Notes: generated by a model from the sequence alone, not told the origin. 64,000 nt of DNA from an uncultured Candidatus Micrarchaeota archaeon (GCA_963804385.1 CAWDQD010000013.1:43735-107734), one strand, 5' to 3'. Counted from the first letter of the stretch, positions 1 to 10,143 are shown. Numbers and translations: made by a program.

Positions 1-172
1 AGTCATCGGTCGTGGGGCAGAGCCGTACAGATCCGTTGACCGTGAAACCTGCAGTAATATTGCCTTGCAGGCTGTTTTGCCATGTGGCGTTGTTCGTGAG
101 ATCGGCGCAGGGGATTGCGAAGCCGAGATTCGCTAAAACCAGGATCAGAACGACAAGATAGTAGACTCTCAT
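1..172 (-). CDS. N-terminal fragment of a second secreted beta-helix surface protein; the gene continues past the left edge
   Basis: ATG at 172-170 on the minus strand. The translation MRVYYLVVLILVLANLGFAIPCADLTNNATWQNSLQG parallels the N-terminus of the 278..7711 protein (MRVNFLVVLVLVLANLSFAMYCVDFTDNSTY). The frame is open to the window edge. Confidence 0.6.
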   Translation of the reverse strand, partial: MRVYYLVVLILVLANLGFAIPCADLTNNATWQNSLQGNITAGFTVNGSVRLCPTTDD

Positions 173-229
173 GCCATTACTAACATATATGTAATTTATA
201 AACGTTTTTCCGGGATGCTAATAGGTTAT
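125..229. repeat. Copy A of a conserved promoter + 5' end (signal peptide) module shared with 7664..7758
   Basis: About 100 bp is near-identical to 7664..7758, running gagattcgctaaaaccag...gacaaga...actctcatgcc..tactaacatata.gta.tttataaacgttttt.cgggatgct. It contains a TATA-like tttataaac about 25 nt upstream of the ATG on the minus strand. Confidence 0.75.
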
Positions 230-277
230 CCGGTTACAACTGGAACAGCACTAGCCGAAGGATAAAAGAAAAAAGAT

Positions 278-3200
278 TCACTTGGATTTCTTCCTCGTGA
301 GCAGATAATAGCCAGCTCCCACGATGACCACGATCACGACTATCCAGACGAGCCATAGCCAGTTCGCTGGTTGCTGGTTCGTAGTCGTCGTGCTAGTCAG
401 GTTGGCCTGGGGCGCCGGGGCTGCCGCGGCATTGGCGAACGCCCTCGATTGCAACGCCAGGGACATCGCGAGCGCATAATTCCCTGAGGAAAGCGCTGCC
501 TGCGCCTGCGCCAGTTCTGTCTGCGCTTCAGTCACGTTCTTGCCTGAGCCGGAAGCCGCGCTTATCGCTGATTCGGCATCCGATATCGCAGCCGCCGCTT
601 CCGCCTGGGTTGGGCCGGTGCTGACGTTCTGCGTCTGGTTCTGCTGAGTCTGGTTCTGCACCTGCTGGGCAACGCACGAGTGGTCCTGGCAAATGCCTGA
701 GGAGCAGTCGCTGTCCGAGCAGCACGCGTATGCGACGCATGCGTGGTTCTCTATCTGCCCGCAGCTGCATTCCACAGCAACGCAACTTCCAGCGACGCAT
801 TGCTGGTCTTGGTCGCATGACGAGCTGTCGCTGCAGCCGGATGTCGTTATTGTCTGGTTCTGCTGCACAGGGCAGAGGTCCAGCTCAGCATTGTCCGTCG
901 CTGAGAGGTAGTCCGAATTGCCCTGCGAATATATCTGGTAGCTGCCGCTCGATGGCACGGTGAAGACCGCATTGCCTGATGCATCGGTCTGCGCCTGCTG
1001 GGAGCCTGCGCTGGCCGATGGGATCAACGTTATCGGCAGGCCAGATACGCCCGAAGACACTGTCAATTGCCCGCTAGAGCAGTTGAACGATTCGGACAGC
1101 GTCAGCGAGGATTTAGATGTCGAATGGCCGCCTTCCTGGTTCGTAGGAGATGGAGGAGAGGACGAAGTCCCGGTGTACGGGTGCCAATCCTGCCCGCTGC
1201 CTTGCCATTCGCCCCCGGATAAGGACGAACTGAATGGGAGGTCGCTCCCGCCATCAGCCCATGAGCCGCTGCTGCTCGTGATGTTGTACACATCCCATGA
1301 TGGCGTGCCGTTGGCGTAGTAATACGCGTTGCCCATGACAGAGTTGTTGAAATAGTTCACGTCCCCTTCCATAGGATAGGAAAGGACCCAGACATCAGCC
1401 TGGATCGTGTCGTTGAGGAAGGTGTTGTTGTTGACCGCCCCGCCGCCGACGACCAATCCCATCACGCCCGGCTTCTGGGCGATCATGGTGTCGTTGATGA
1501 ATGTCCCGTTGTCCGTCAGCATGCTGCCGTCATCGTCAGTGAGGAATACGGCGGAATTATAGGTTTCCGTCGACCCGGTCACGAACGAGCTGTAATAGGC
1601 TTGGGTGGCCGGCGAATCGAATATGTATGCGCCGATGCCCGTTTGCGAGCTTGCGCTCAGGCCGATCATCGTGTTGTTCGTGCTCGACTCGAACGAGATG
1701 CCGTACCCGTTTCCGGTGCCGATCGCTGCGGAATCGGTTATGTTGTTGTTGGAGCTGGAATCGATCTCTATGCCTGCGGTCCCTTCGTCGCTGCCTATGG
1801 AGCCGTAGATGAGATCGTAGTTCGAATCGATTATGCTGATGCCGCGCCAGTCCCCATCCGAATCAGTGCTTAGGATCCTGCCATTATCGACCCCATCGAA
1901 ATACACGCCCGCATCGAAACCTGTGATCGTGCAGTTCTCCACGACCGTGCCGCTGGAGTTCGAATAGATGCCATCGCCCCCGTTGTGGTCGCCGGTTATC
2001 GAATGGCCTGCGCAGTCGATGGTGACGTTATCCGCGTACACGTCGAAGCAGTCGTTGCCGTCCGCCGCCGCCACATCGCTGTCGAGCGTGACCGAGGCGT
2101 TGATGGGCCCGCATCCGGCCAGGCCGACCCACGGGTGCCAATCCTCGCCGTTGGATGTCCATTGGTCCGGAGTGTTGTCCGGGCCGAAAGGCAATGCGTC
2201 GCCTGATGTGGCCCAGCCCGGAGGGCTCGTCGTCTGGATGTCGTAGACGCTCGAAGCCGGGGTGCCGTTGCCTAGATAGTAGACGTTGCCTGTGCTCGAA
2301 TCGTTGTAGGAGTTCCCTCCGGATTCGTCGTCCACCCATTCATCGCTCGAGATGGTATTGCGCAGGAAGGTGTCTCCCGTGCTGTCATCCGTGAGATAGA
2401 TGCCGGGATGGTCGCTGGCCGCGATGGTGTTGCCGGTGAAGTTGTTCGAGGCGGCATCATCGGACGCGACCCCGTAGCCCTCGAGCGTGCCTATGGTATT
2501 GTTCTCGATGGCATTGCCGTAGACTTCACCTTCGCCATATTCGCCCCGATAATAGAGCACAAGCGCTCCGCAGTAATCGTAATCGCAGCCGTTGGTGTCG
2601 TCGGCGAAGATGGTGTTGTTCGCCACCAGGTTGTCGTATGAGCCGTCGGTGATCGATATGCCTGCGGAGTCCCGAGTGTATGCGTAGTCGTTCTCCACGG
2701 CGTATATGCGGTTGCCGGTCACGACCGAGTTCGTAGTCCCTTCATCGAGGCCGATGCCGACAATCACATTCGAGATGTTGTTGTACAGCACGTTCGTGGA
2801 ATCCTCGTCCATGAGGTAGAGCCCGGCCTGCCCGCCATCGATGAGGTTGCCGAACACGGTGTTGTTGAACGAATAGGGCAGCGAGACGTCGGCGCTGCTG
2901 TTGCCGGAGTAGTATCTCGTGTCCCATCGCGCCAGGTATTGCTGGTGCGCATAATCGTTCGGGTAGCTCTGGTTGGCCGGATAGGGGTATGCGCTCATGC
3001 CGTGGAACGGGAGCGGATCCACCGTCGAGCCGTTGTTATAGTTCACGGATTTGTAGAACCCGTCGCTGAAGAGCATGAAATCCCTTACATCCCCGGACGG
3101 CGTATCGTCCACGTACGGGAATCGCATGCTTATCTCGTCGCCGTGGTGCATGATGACGTATTCATCGTCGGTCGCGCCGAGCAGCGGCAGGACGTCGCCG

Positions 3201-6200
3201 TATTTGGTGAAGTTGCCGGATGGGTTGGAATAGCCGGACTGCGCGCTCGCATTGTAGTAGTCCGCCCACTTGTCTATCGCGCCCGTGAGGGCGGAATAGC
3301 CCCTGAAATGCAGGTCCGCGGAAGTCGCGTTGTAGGCTTCCACGGAAAGCGGGGATTCCGGACTCGTGTCCACTCCGATGTAATCGAATATGCCCGCGGG
3401 GAAGACGAGCCTCACGCGGTGGTCGCTCGTATTGAACATGCCAGTCAGGTTGACGACCACGGTCTGGGGCAGGCCGCCTGTGGCCATGAACTGCGCGTTG
3501 GAGTACGCGTTGACCCAGTTGCCTTTCGAATCCTTCACCTGGATGGACCTGGTCCCGCTCGAAGAATTGCCGACCTTGGCCATGGACAGTATGAGCTTGA
3601 CCTCTGATGCTCCGGAAAGGTTGCCCAGATCTATCGTCAGGTTCCCCGGCTCGGAGGTGTAATTCCCGTCTTTCGCGGACACTTCCTGGCTGCAGTCGGT
3701 CCCGTTGTCTGTCATGCATGAGACCAGCGAGCCTGGCGTCTTGCTGACAGTGTAGAACGTGTTGAAATCGCTCTGCATCAGGCCGGGGAGGATGTCGACA
3801 TCCGGGGAATGGTCCACGGTGTACAGCTCGACCCGGTCGAGATAGCTGATCTCGTCGTATTCTTCGGTCACCTGCATGTCGTAGGAGCCGTTATCCGGGA
3901 CGAGCATGCTTCCGGGTATCTTCGTGTATCCTGCCGGATTGGTCGGCTTCCCGCCGCCTGCCTTTGACGCGGCGCCTATACCGCCGCTCTTGGATATGTC
4001 CGTTACGAAGCCGTATCCTGTGCCGTTCCAGGTGTATACGAACGGGCACGATGTGTATCCGAAATTGCTCTGCTCCGTATTCGTGATCGTGTTGTCCCCG
4101 AGCTGGTTGTCGTCCGAGCTGTAGAGCTGGAAGCCGTAGTAGTTCTCATCGAAGCTGCTGTTGAGCAGGTAGTTGTAGTCCGAGCTGTCCTCGAACAGGA
4201 CGCCGTCGTAGTTGTTCACGAAGCTGTTGTTTGCCATCGAGTTGTAGTCCGAACCGGAGTCGAGATAGATGCCCTGGTCGTTGTCCTCGAAATAGTTTCC
4301 GGTAATAGTGCTGTTTGTCGAACCGGAGAGATAGAGGCCGGCCTCGGCGTAATTCTCGTAGAGGAGATTATCGTAGACGTTGTCACCGGTGGAATCCAGA
4401 AGCAGGATGCCGGCTAAGTCGTTGCTGTTCATGTCGCTGTTCTTTATGACGCCCCCATCCACGTCCTCGAAGGATACGCCATAAGCGAAGTCCGAGAAGG
4501 TGCAGTTCTCCACGACCGTGCCGCTGGAGCCGGACCAGACGCCGTTCGTCCCTCCTGTCCCGGTTATGGAATGCCCTTCGCAGTCTATCGTGACGTTGTC
4601 CGCATCCACGTCCACGCAGTCCCCGCTGGATGTCGAATCCGACGTGAAGGTGTAGACAGTGTTCGGGGTGGTGATGTCCACGCCGCATTGCGATATCTGG
4701 ACCGCGCTAGAATTCACCCAACCGGAGTTGTTCGCAGCATCGAATTGCACGTAAGCGCTGCACAGCCAGGAATCGCCCGTCGTGAGGTTTCCGCTGGCCA
4801 CCGTGGACAGCGATGTGTTCGAGCCGAGCGTGAGATTCGTGTAGTTCCCGGAGAACGTGAGGTTCCCGTTCTTGAACCATTGGTAGGTGACATTCACCGA
4901 AGACGCATTATCGACATCGTAGGCGAGCAGGTCGCACGAGAGGTCGCCCGTGATGCTTGGGGAAGCAGGCGAGATCGCCAATTGCTGTATGCCGAAAGGA
5001 GAGCCCAGCACCAGCGTGAACGGGTGCCAGTCCTGGCCGTTTTCTTGCCATTCGCCTTCGGACAAGGATGAGCTGAAAGGCAGGTCGCTCCCCATATCCG
5101 CCCAGCTGTCGTTGTTGACGTCCTTGATGTCGTACACTTGCCAGGAAGGCGTGCCGCCCGAGTCATAGTATATGTTGCCGGAGGTCGAATCGTTGTAATT
5201 GTTGCCGCCGGATTGGTCGTCCACCCACCGGCTGCCGGTCAGGTTGTTGTGCAGGAACGTGTTGCCGGACCCATCGATTATGATATCGATTTCGCTGTTG
5301 ACCTTGTTCCCGTGGAATTGATTGTTATCCGAGGCACCCCAGGTGAGGACCCCCCAATCATCGCCATTCCAGCATCCGGGATCCGTGATGGAGTTGCCCG
5401 AGAACGTGCTGTTGGAAACAGACTGGATGATGACGCCGACGCATTCCACCTCCGGATTGGAAGGGGAGGATATCGTGTTGTTCACGATCGTGTTGTTGGC
5501 GCCGGCCATGTTGATGCCGACTGCCCACACAAAGCCGTAGAGCGAATCGACCGAGATGGGAGTTCCCGTGATGGAGTTGTTGGAGCCCGTGAAGCTGATA
5601 CCCATGACCCAGCTCCAGTCACCACCGCCCCGCGTGACCGAGATGGTGTCGTTCTGCACGACGTTATCATTGTACGATGAGAGCGATATGCCGGCCTGGC
5701 CGTATTGGCTTCCGTCGTTGGTGATAGTGCAATTCTCTATCGTCGCTGAATCCGCGTTCACGTCTATGCCGTCTCCATTGGATGATTGGGCGAAGATTAT
5801 GCTGTGGCCGTTGCAGTCCAATGTGACGTCATCCGCGGTGATGGTTATCGGAGTGGCGTCGCCAGTCAGGTCTCCCTGGAGATAATAGGTGGAGCCTTCC
5901 TGGTCGAGCGTCGCCGGGATGTCACCTTCTGTCAGGTTGAATGACGGGGCGGTGTAGACCGCGTTCGCCGTGAGCGGAGCGTAGTCGGACACGCCAGTGA
6001 CCTTGCCGAGCGAATTTGCATCGTCGTAGGTTGTGTTCCCTATGAAAAGCGTCGGGAAGCCGGATGACGGCGTGGTGCCGTTTATCATTGCCTGCCCGCT
6101 GATGACGTTGGCCCAGATGTTCCCTTCTCCATTGCAGAGGGAGGAGTTGAAGTATTCCAAGCCGCTGCCCTGCGCATAATAGCCGCTCGTCTGCGTGAAG

Positions 6201-7711
6201 TTGTTCCAGCAGAATATGTCGCCCGATCCATAGGCTTCCGCCAGTGTCGAGCCGTTCAACAGGGTATTGTTGATGAAAACATTGCCGCTTCCGAGGTCGT
6301 CCAGATATATATCGGTTCCTCCCATCCCATTTATGGTGCTGTTCGCTATCGTGTTGTTTTCGGAATCGCCTTCCATCTCAAGCGTGTCTGAGCTGTAGCA
6401 GCTAATCAGGCTGCCGCTGATCGTGTTGTTGTCGACTTCGTAGAAAAATACGGCTATGCCGTAGTTGCATGTCAGATTGGAGCCGATGATCGTGTTGCCG
6501 GTGCTTGCGGCATTGACGTACATGCCCATGGATGAGGCGGAGGAGGCTGTCGAATTGACTATCGTCCCGTATTGGGCCTCGAAAAGGTGGATGCCGGTGT
6601 TCCCATTGGAGGTCCCGGCGGAACCGATGACCTGGTTGTATGAGCCTTCCAGGAGCATGCCCTGGCCGGAGTCCGAGGTCCCGGCGCTGCCGATGATCGT
6701 GCTGTTGGAGCCCAGGAACTGGATGCCGAAGTACGAGTCCGATGCCCCCGTGGAGTTGGCGATCGTGTCGTTGTAGCTCGACTCGATGTAGATGCCGGTG
6801 CCCGTGGTGGATGCGCCCGTGGAGTTGACGATCTCGTTGTTATCTGAATCCGTGCTCAGGAAGATGCCGTTGTCCGAGCTGGAAGTCCCCGTGGAGTTGA
6901 TGATCATGTTGCCGCTGGAGCCCGAGTAGAGGTCGATGCCCTTGTTCGAGTCCGCGATGCCGGTGGAGTCGATTATCGTGTTGTTCGTGCTCTGGTAGAT
7001 GTTGATTCCGGTGCCTGTGCTTGTCGATATGCCGCTGGAGTTCATGATCGTGTTGTTGGAGCTCGCGTACATGTAGATGCCGACTTGCGTGTCGGAGGTC
7101 CCGCTGGAGTTGATGATCGTGTTATTGGTGCTTGATTCCAGGAATATTGCGTCGCCGGGGTCGCTGACCGAGGTGGAGTTCGCGATGGTGTCGTTGGAGT
7201 CCGTATCGAGCAGGATGCCGGCGAACTCGCTGGAGGTCACGTCGCAGTTCTTGATGGTCTCGTAATCCGCGCCGCGGTAGAGGAAAATCCCTGTACCGTC
7301 CGCCTCGGTGTACACGGCGTGGGTCGTGCTTATGTTCGTGTCGCTTATAGTCCCGTTCGGTGCCTGGTCGACGTATACGCCGGTCGAGAAGTTGCTTATA
7401 TCGCAGTCCTCGATCGTCGTGTTGAACTGGTCGGTGTAGATGCCCGATGTCCCGGTCGTGTTGTCTCCGATCAGCGTCGAGCGTATGCAGCTGATCGACA
7501 CATCCGGTTGGGTTACGGTGATCGCGGTGACTCCGGAGAAGTCATACGTCCCGGGGCAGATATTGGTCGAACCGTTGATGGTGAATCCATCCGCCATATC
7601 GCCTTGGACGACTCCGTGGTAGGTGCTATTGTCCGTGAAATCGACGCAATACATGGCGAAGCTGAGATTCGCTAAAACCAGAACCAGAACGACAAGAAAA
7701 TTGACTCTCAT
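278..7711 (-). CDS. Giant (2477 aa) secreted, membrane-anchored surface protein with parallel beta-helix (PbH1/NosD-like) repeats
   Basis: ORF 278..7783 trimmed to the ATG at 7711, giving a signal-like MRVNFLVVLVLVLANLSFA. It has dozens of ~22-aa NxTIxNSxGxS-type repeats. There are three copies of a GN.YY..(N)GTPS..VY.I...W...G(S)DLPF...W...G.DWHP module. A Cys-rich block (CSDSSSCDQDQQCVAGSCVAVECSCG...) is followed by a C-terminal hydrophobic anchor WLWLVWIVVIVVIVGAGYYLL and then TRKKSK. Confidence 0.85.
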   Translation of the reverse strand: MRVNFLVVLVLVLANLSFAMYCVDFTDNSTYHGVVQGDMADGFTINGSTNICPGTYDFSGVTAITVTQPDVSISCIRSTLIGDNTTGTSGIYTDQFNTTIEDCDISNFSTGVYVDQAPNGTISDTNISTTHAVYTEADGTGIFLYRGADYETIKNCDVTSSEFAGILLDTDSNDTIANSTSVSDPGDAIFLESSTNNTIINSSGTSDTQVGIYMYASSNNTIMNSSGISTSTGTGINIYQSTNNTIIDSTGIADSNKGIDLYSGSSGNMIINSTGTSSSDNGIFLSTDSDNNEIVNSTGASTTGTGIYIESSYNDTIANSTGASDSYFGIQFLGSNSTIIGSAGTSDSGQGMLLEGSYNQVIGSAGTSNGNTGIHLFEAQYGTIVNSTASSASSMGMYVNAASTGNTIIGSNLTCNYGIAVFFYEVDNNTISGSLISCYSSDTLEMEGDSENNTIANSTINGMGGTDIYLDDLGSGNVFINNTLLNGSTLAEAYGSGDIFCWNNFTQTSGYYAQGSGLEYFNSSLCNGEGNIWANVISGQAMINGTTPSSGFPTLFIGNTTYDDANSLGKVTGVSDYAPLTANAVYTAPSFNLTEGDIPATLDQEGSTYYLQGDLTGDATPITITADDVTLDCNGHSIIFAQSSNGDGIDVNADSATIENCTITNDGSQYGQAGISLSSYNDNVVQNDTISVTRGGGDWSWVMGISFTGSNNSITGTPISVDSLYGFVWAVGINMAGANNTIVNNTISSPSNPEVECVGVIIQSVSNSTFSGNSITDPGCWNGDDWGVLTWGASDNNQFHGNKVNSEIDIIIDGSGNTFLHNNLTGSRWVDDQSGGNNYNDSTSGNIYYDSGGTPSWQVYDIKDVNNDSWADMGSDLPFSSSLSEGEWQENGQDWHPFTLVLGSPFGIQQLAISPASPSITGDLSCDLLAYDVDNASSVNVTYQWFKNGNLTFSGNYTNLTLGSNTSLSTVASGNLTTGDSWLCSAYVQFDAANNSGWVNSSAVQISQCGVDITTPNTVYTFTSDSTSSGDCVDVDADNVTIDCEGHSITGTGGTNGVWSGSSGTVVENCTFSDFAYGVSFEDVDGGVIKNSDMNSNDLAGILLLDSTGDNVYDNLLYENYAEAGLYLSGSTNSTITGNYFEDNDQGIYLDSGSDYNSMANNSFVNNYDGVLFEDSSDYNYLLNSSFDENYYGFQLYSSDDNQLGDNTITNTEQSNFGYTSCPFVYTWNGTGYGFVTDISKSGGIGAASKAGGGKPTNPAGYTKIPGSMLVPDNGSYDMQVTEEYDEISYLDRVELYTVDHSPDVDILPGLMQSDFNTFYTVSKTPGSLVSCMTDNGTDCSQEVSAKDGNYTSEPGNLTIDLGNLSGASEVKLILSMAKVGNSSSGTRSIQVKDSKGNWVNAYSNAQFMATGGLPQTVVVNLTGMFNTSDHRVRLVFPAGIFDYIGVDTSPESPLSVEAYNATSADLHFRGYSALTGAIDKWADYYNASAQSGYSNPSGNFTKYGDVLPLLGATDDEYVIMHHGDEISMRFPYVDDTPSGDVRDFMLFSDGFYKSVNYNNGSTVDPLPFHGMSAYPYPANQSYPNDYAHQQYLARWDTRYYSGNSSADVSLPYSFNNTVFGNLIDGGQAGLYLMDEDSTNVLYNNISNVIVGIGLDEGTTNSVVTGNRIYAVENDYAYTRDSAGISITDGSYDNLVANNTIFADDTNGCDYDYCGALVLYYRGEYGEGEVYGNAIENNTIGTLEGYGVASDDAASNNFTGNTIAASDHPGIYLTDDSTGDTFLRNTISSDEWVDDESGGNSYNDSSTGNVYYLGNGTPASSVYDIQTTSPPGWATSGDALPFGPDNTPDQWTSNGEDWHPWVGLAGCGPINASVTLDSDVAAADGNDCFDVYADNVTIDCAGHSITGDHNGGDGIYSNSSGTVVENCTITGFDAGVYFDGVDNGRILSTDSDGDWRGISIIDSNYDLIYGSIGSDEGTAGIEIDSSSNNNITDSAAIGTGNGYGISFESSTNNTMIGLSASSQTGIGAYIFDSPATQAYYSSFVTGSTETYNSAVFLTDDDGSMLTDNGTFINDTMIAQKPGVMGLVVGGGAVNNNTFLNDTIQADVWVLSYPMEGDVNYFNNSVMGNAYYYANGTPSWDVYNITSSSGSWADGGSDLPFSSSLSGGEWQGSGQDWHPYTGTSSSPPSPTNQEGGHSTSKSSLTLSESFNCSSGQLTVSSGVSGLPITLIPSASAGSQQAQTDASGNAVFTVPSSGSYQIYSQGNSDYLSATDNAELDLCPVQQNQTITTSGCSDSSSCDQDQQCVAGSCVAVECSCGQIENHACVAYACCSDSDCSSGICQDHSCVAQQVQNQTQQNQTQNVSTGPTQAEAAAAISDAESAISAASGSGKNVTEAQTELAQAQAALSSGNYALAMSLALQSRAFANAAAAPAPQANLTSTTTTNQQPANWLWLVWIVVIVVIVGAGYYLLTRKKSK

Positions 7712-7758
7712 GCCTCTACTAACATATACGTAGTTTATAAACGTTTTTTCGGGATGCT
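7664..7758. repeat. Copy B of the promoter + signal-peptide module (see 125..229)
   Basis: Direct sequence similarity to 125..229, including the TATA-like tttataaac and the start codon context. Confidence 0.75.
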
Positions 7759-8078
7759 CAGCACTCGTGGGCGCCGGAAGCATCCTCGTCGACCGAGAAC
7801 GCGGCTTTCCCGCTGCCGTTCACGAGGACCATCGTGATGTCCGACATCAGCACCATCCCGAGCGGTTCCGAACCGAGCCTCAGCACCGCGCGCCTCTCCC
7901 CTCCATCGACGTTACGGTTGTTCCTCAGCTTCAATGTGACCGACGCGCCGGTGTCCGTGCAGATGATATCGAGCTTCACCGTGCCGACCCTGGACACGTT
8001 TATACCTTCCGCGAGAGGCAGCTCCAGTATCAGCGGAGCGTTTCGGAGCGGTTCTGCCTTCTTCTGCCTCTGGATCAT
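7758..8078 (-). CDS. Small conserved hypothetical protein, member 1 of a 3-member local family
   Basis: ORF 7758..8198 trimmed to the ATG at 8078, because the longer form overlaps the tRNA. MIQRQKKAEPLRNAPLILELPLAEGINVSRVGTVKLDIICTDTGASVTLKL aligns with the proteins at 10144..10476 and 10473..10841. Confidence 0.5.
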   Translation of the reverse strand: MIQRQKKAEPLRNAPLILELPLAEGINVSRVGTVKLDIICTDTGASVTLKLRNNRNVDGGERRAVLRLGSEPLGMVLMSDITMVLVNGSGKAAFSVDEDASGAHEC

Positions 8079-8117
8079 GCAATGACCTTGATGGACACGA
8101 TTTAAAAAATGAGGAAA

Positions 8118-8236
8118 TCCCGACGGCCTGATTTGAACAAGCAACCTGCCGGTGTCTACGTGAAGTAGATTAGCTCGCAAAAACCGAGCATCGACCAAAG
8201 CTACAGCCGGCCGCTCTACCGTTGAGCTACGTCGGG
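8118..8236 (-). tRNA. tRNA-Tyr (anticodon GUA) with a 47-nt intron at the canonical 37/38 position
   Basis: Hand-folded cloverleaf: acceptor CCCGACG/CGTCGGG (C1:G72, the archaeal Tyr identity pair), U8A9, D arm GCTC-AACGGTA-GAGC, anticodon stem GCCGG/CCGGC with loop CU-GUA-G[intron]A, variable AGGTT, T arm GCTTG-TTCAAAT-CAGGC, discriminator A. The intron is about 8154..8200 and contains a GCTCG/CGAGC hairpin. TATA ttttataat lies about 28 nt upstream. Confidence 0.8.
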
Positions 8237-8273
8237 ATTACATACAAAAATGTCGGAAGTGATTATAAAACGC

Positions 8274-9935
8274 TCACACGCGTTTCACTGCCTTCTCATG
8301 GACGTTGACCGACCGCCCCGAAGGGTCTGCCATGCCCTTGAACTGCTTGCTCCACTCGTATGCCGTGGGGGTCGAGCATGCGATGGACGGCCCGCCTTCC
8401 ACTGTGAGCGCGGCTTCCTTCCCGGGGAAAAGCTCGTCGAATATCGAGCGGTAGAGATACGCCTCCTTGGTGGCGGGCGTGTTTATCGGGAATCTCTCCT
8501 TGGCCCCGGCCATCTGCTCGTCCGATACCCGTTCTTCAGCGTGCGCCTTCAGCGAGTCGATCCAGCTGTAGCCGACGCCGTCGGAGAACTGCTCCTTCTG
8601 GCGCCATAGCACCGAGTCCGGGATATAGCCTTCGAACGCCTTGCGCAGGAGGTATTTCTCCATCTTCCCCTGCCCGCACATCTTGTCTTTGGGGTCTATG
8701 CCCATCGCATAGTCGAGGAAATCCTTGCCGAGGAAAGGGACGCGCACTTCCACGCCCCATGCGGCCATGGATTTGTTCGCCCTTAGGCAATCGAATTTGC
8801 TGAGCTTGCTGAGTTTGCGCACGGTCTCCTCGTGGAGATCCTTCGCGCTCGGAGCCATGTGGAAATACAGATATCCTCCGAAGACTTCGTCGGCCCCTTC
8901 CCCCGAGAGCACCATCTTTATGCCGAAGCTCCTTATCTTCCTGGCCATGAGGTACATCGGAGTGGAAGCGCGTATGGTCGTCACATCGTAGGTCTCTATA
9001 TGATATATCACGTCGCGGAGAGCATCCAATCCCTCCTGCACCGTGTACGTGCATTCATGGTGCACGCTGCCGATCTTCTTCGCTACCTCCTGCGCGTATT
9101 TCAAATCAGTGGAATCCTTGAGCCCTATGGAGAACGAATGCACGCGCGGCCACCATGCCTCCTCCGCGTCCTCGGTCTCCACCCTCCGCCTGCTGTACTT
9201 CACTATGATCGATGCTATCACGGACGAATCGAGCCCGCCTGAGATCAACACCCCGTAAGGGACATCGCACATCATCTGCTTCTTGACGGATTTCTCGAGC
9301 TCGTCCCGCAGCTTCGTGACCGAGACCTGCGCGGTCGGGACCTTCTTCTCCCATTCCGGAGCGTACCATCTGACGAACTTCCCTGTGCTTCCGAGATAGT
9401 AATGGCCTGGAGGGAACTCCTTGAGCTTCTCGCAATAGGGCACCAGTGATTTCATCTCGCTCGAGATGAAGACTGCGCCGGATTTGTCCCAGCCGATATA
9501 GAGCGGGACTATGCCCATGTGATCGCGTGCGATGAAATATTCCTTGGTCTTCTTGTCATACAGGCAGAAAGCGAATATGCCATCCACCTTGGGCAGGAAA
9601 TCCGGCCCGAACTCGTCGTATAAGTAAAGTAAAACCTCGCAGTCGGATTTGGTCTGCCACTCGTGATCCTTCTTCAGCAATGCAGCGAGCTCCTTGTGGT
9701 CGTATATCTCCCCGTTCGCCGCGAGCACCCTGCCCTCCTTGGTATCGAACAGCGGCTGCGCCCCATGCTCCACGTCGACTATGGATAATCTTTCATGCGC
9801 GATGATCGTGGAATCGTCCGTGTATATGCCGCTCCAGTCCGGTCCGCGGTGCCTGATCAATGAGGCCATCCTAAGCGCCTTGTGGCGCATGGCTTTAGCG
9901 TCCTTCAATCCGAACAAACCAATGATGCCGCACAT
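8274..9935 (-). CDS. asnB: Asparagine synthetase (glutamine-hydrolysing)
   Basis: Trimmed to the MCGIIGLFG start, which supplies the N-terminal Cys nucleophile of class II glutamine amidotransferases. The SGGLDSS PP-loop is present. Length and overall sequence are typical of AsnB. Confidence 0.9.
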   Translation of the reverse strand: MCGIIGLFGLKDAKAMRHKALRMASLIRHRGPDWSGIYTDDSTIIAHERLSIVDVEHGAQPLFDTKEGRVLAANGEIYDHKELAALLKKDHEWQTKSDCEVLLYLYDEFGPDFLPKVDGIFAFCLYDKKTKEYFIARDHMGIVPLYIGWDKSGAVFISSEMKSLVPYCEKLKEFPPGHYYLGSTGKFVRWYAPEWEKKVPTAQVSVTKLRDELEKSVKKQMMCDVPYGVLISGGLDSSVIASIIVKYSRRRVETEDAEEAWWPRVHSFSIGLKDSTDLKYAQEVAKKIGSVHHECTYTVQEGLDALRDVIYHIETYDVTTIRASTPMYLMARKIRSFGIKMVLSGEGADEVFGGYLYFHMAPSAKDLHEETVRKLSKLSKFDCLRANKSMAAWGVEVRVPFLGKDFLDYAMGIDPKDKMCGQGKMEKYLLRKAFEGYIPDSVLWRQKEQFSDGVGYSWIDSLKAHAEERVSDEQMAGAKERFPINTPATKEAYLYRSIFDELFPGKEAALTVEGGPSIACSTPTAYEWSKQFKGMADPSGRSVNVHEKAVKRV

Positions 9936-10143
9936 TTTTTCCACACTCTGACCTAAGTGATAGATATCCAGTATCCTGGATATATAAATTTCAACCCAAA
10001 ATATCCGGAATATATCCATATTGCTCTCATTTTATAAATCATTTTCCGGATATTATCCTATTATTGATTACATAAACTGGATTAATGATTAAGCCTGTTA
10101 AGTGTGGCAAGTTATTATAAATAGTGTCTATTATAATGATATT

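Noticed and set aside
528-7675. Dozens of 60-220-aa ORFs in other frames and on the other strand inside the giant surface-protein gene.
   Set aside because: They lie entirely within a 7.4-kb ORF that has a coherent repeat architecture. They have low-complexity Arg/Pro/Gly-rich translations typical of off-frame reading of GC-rich repetitive DNA.
7758-8198. The long form (146 aa) of the ORF overlapping the tRNA-Tyr gene.
   Set aside because: Its N-terminal 40 codons run through the tRNA. The paralogs align only from the internal ATG at 8078.
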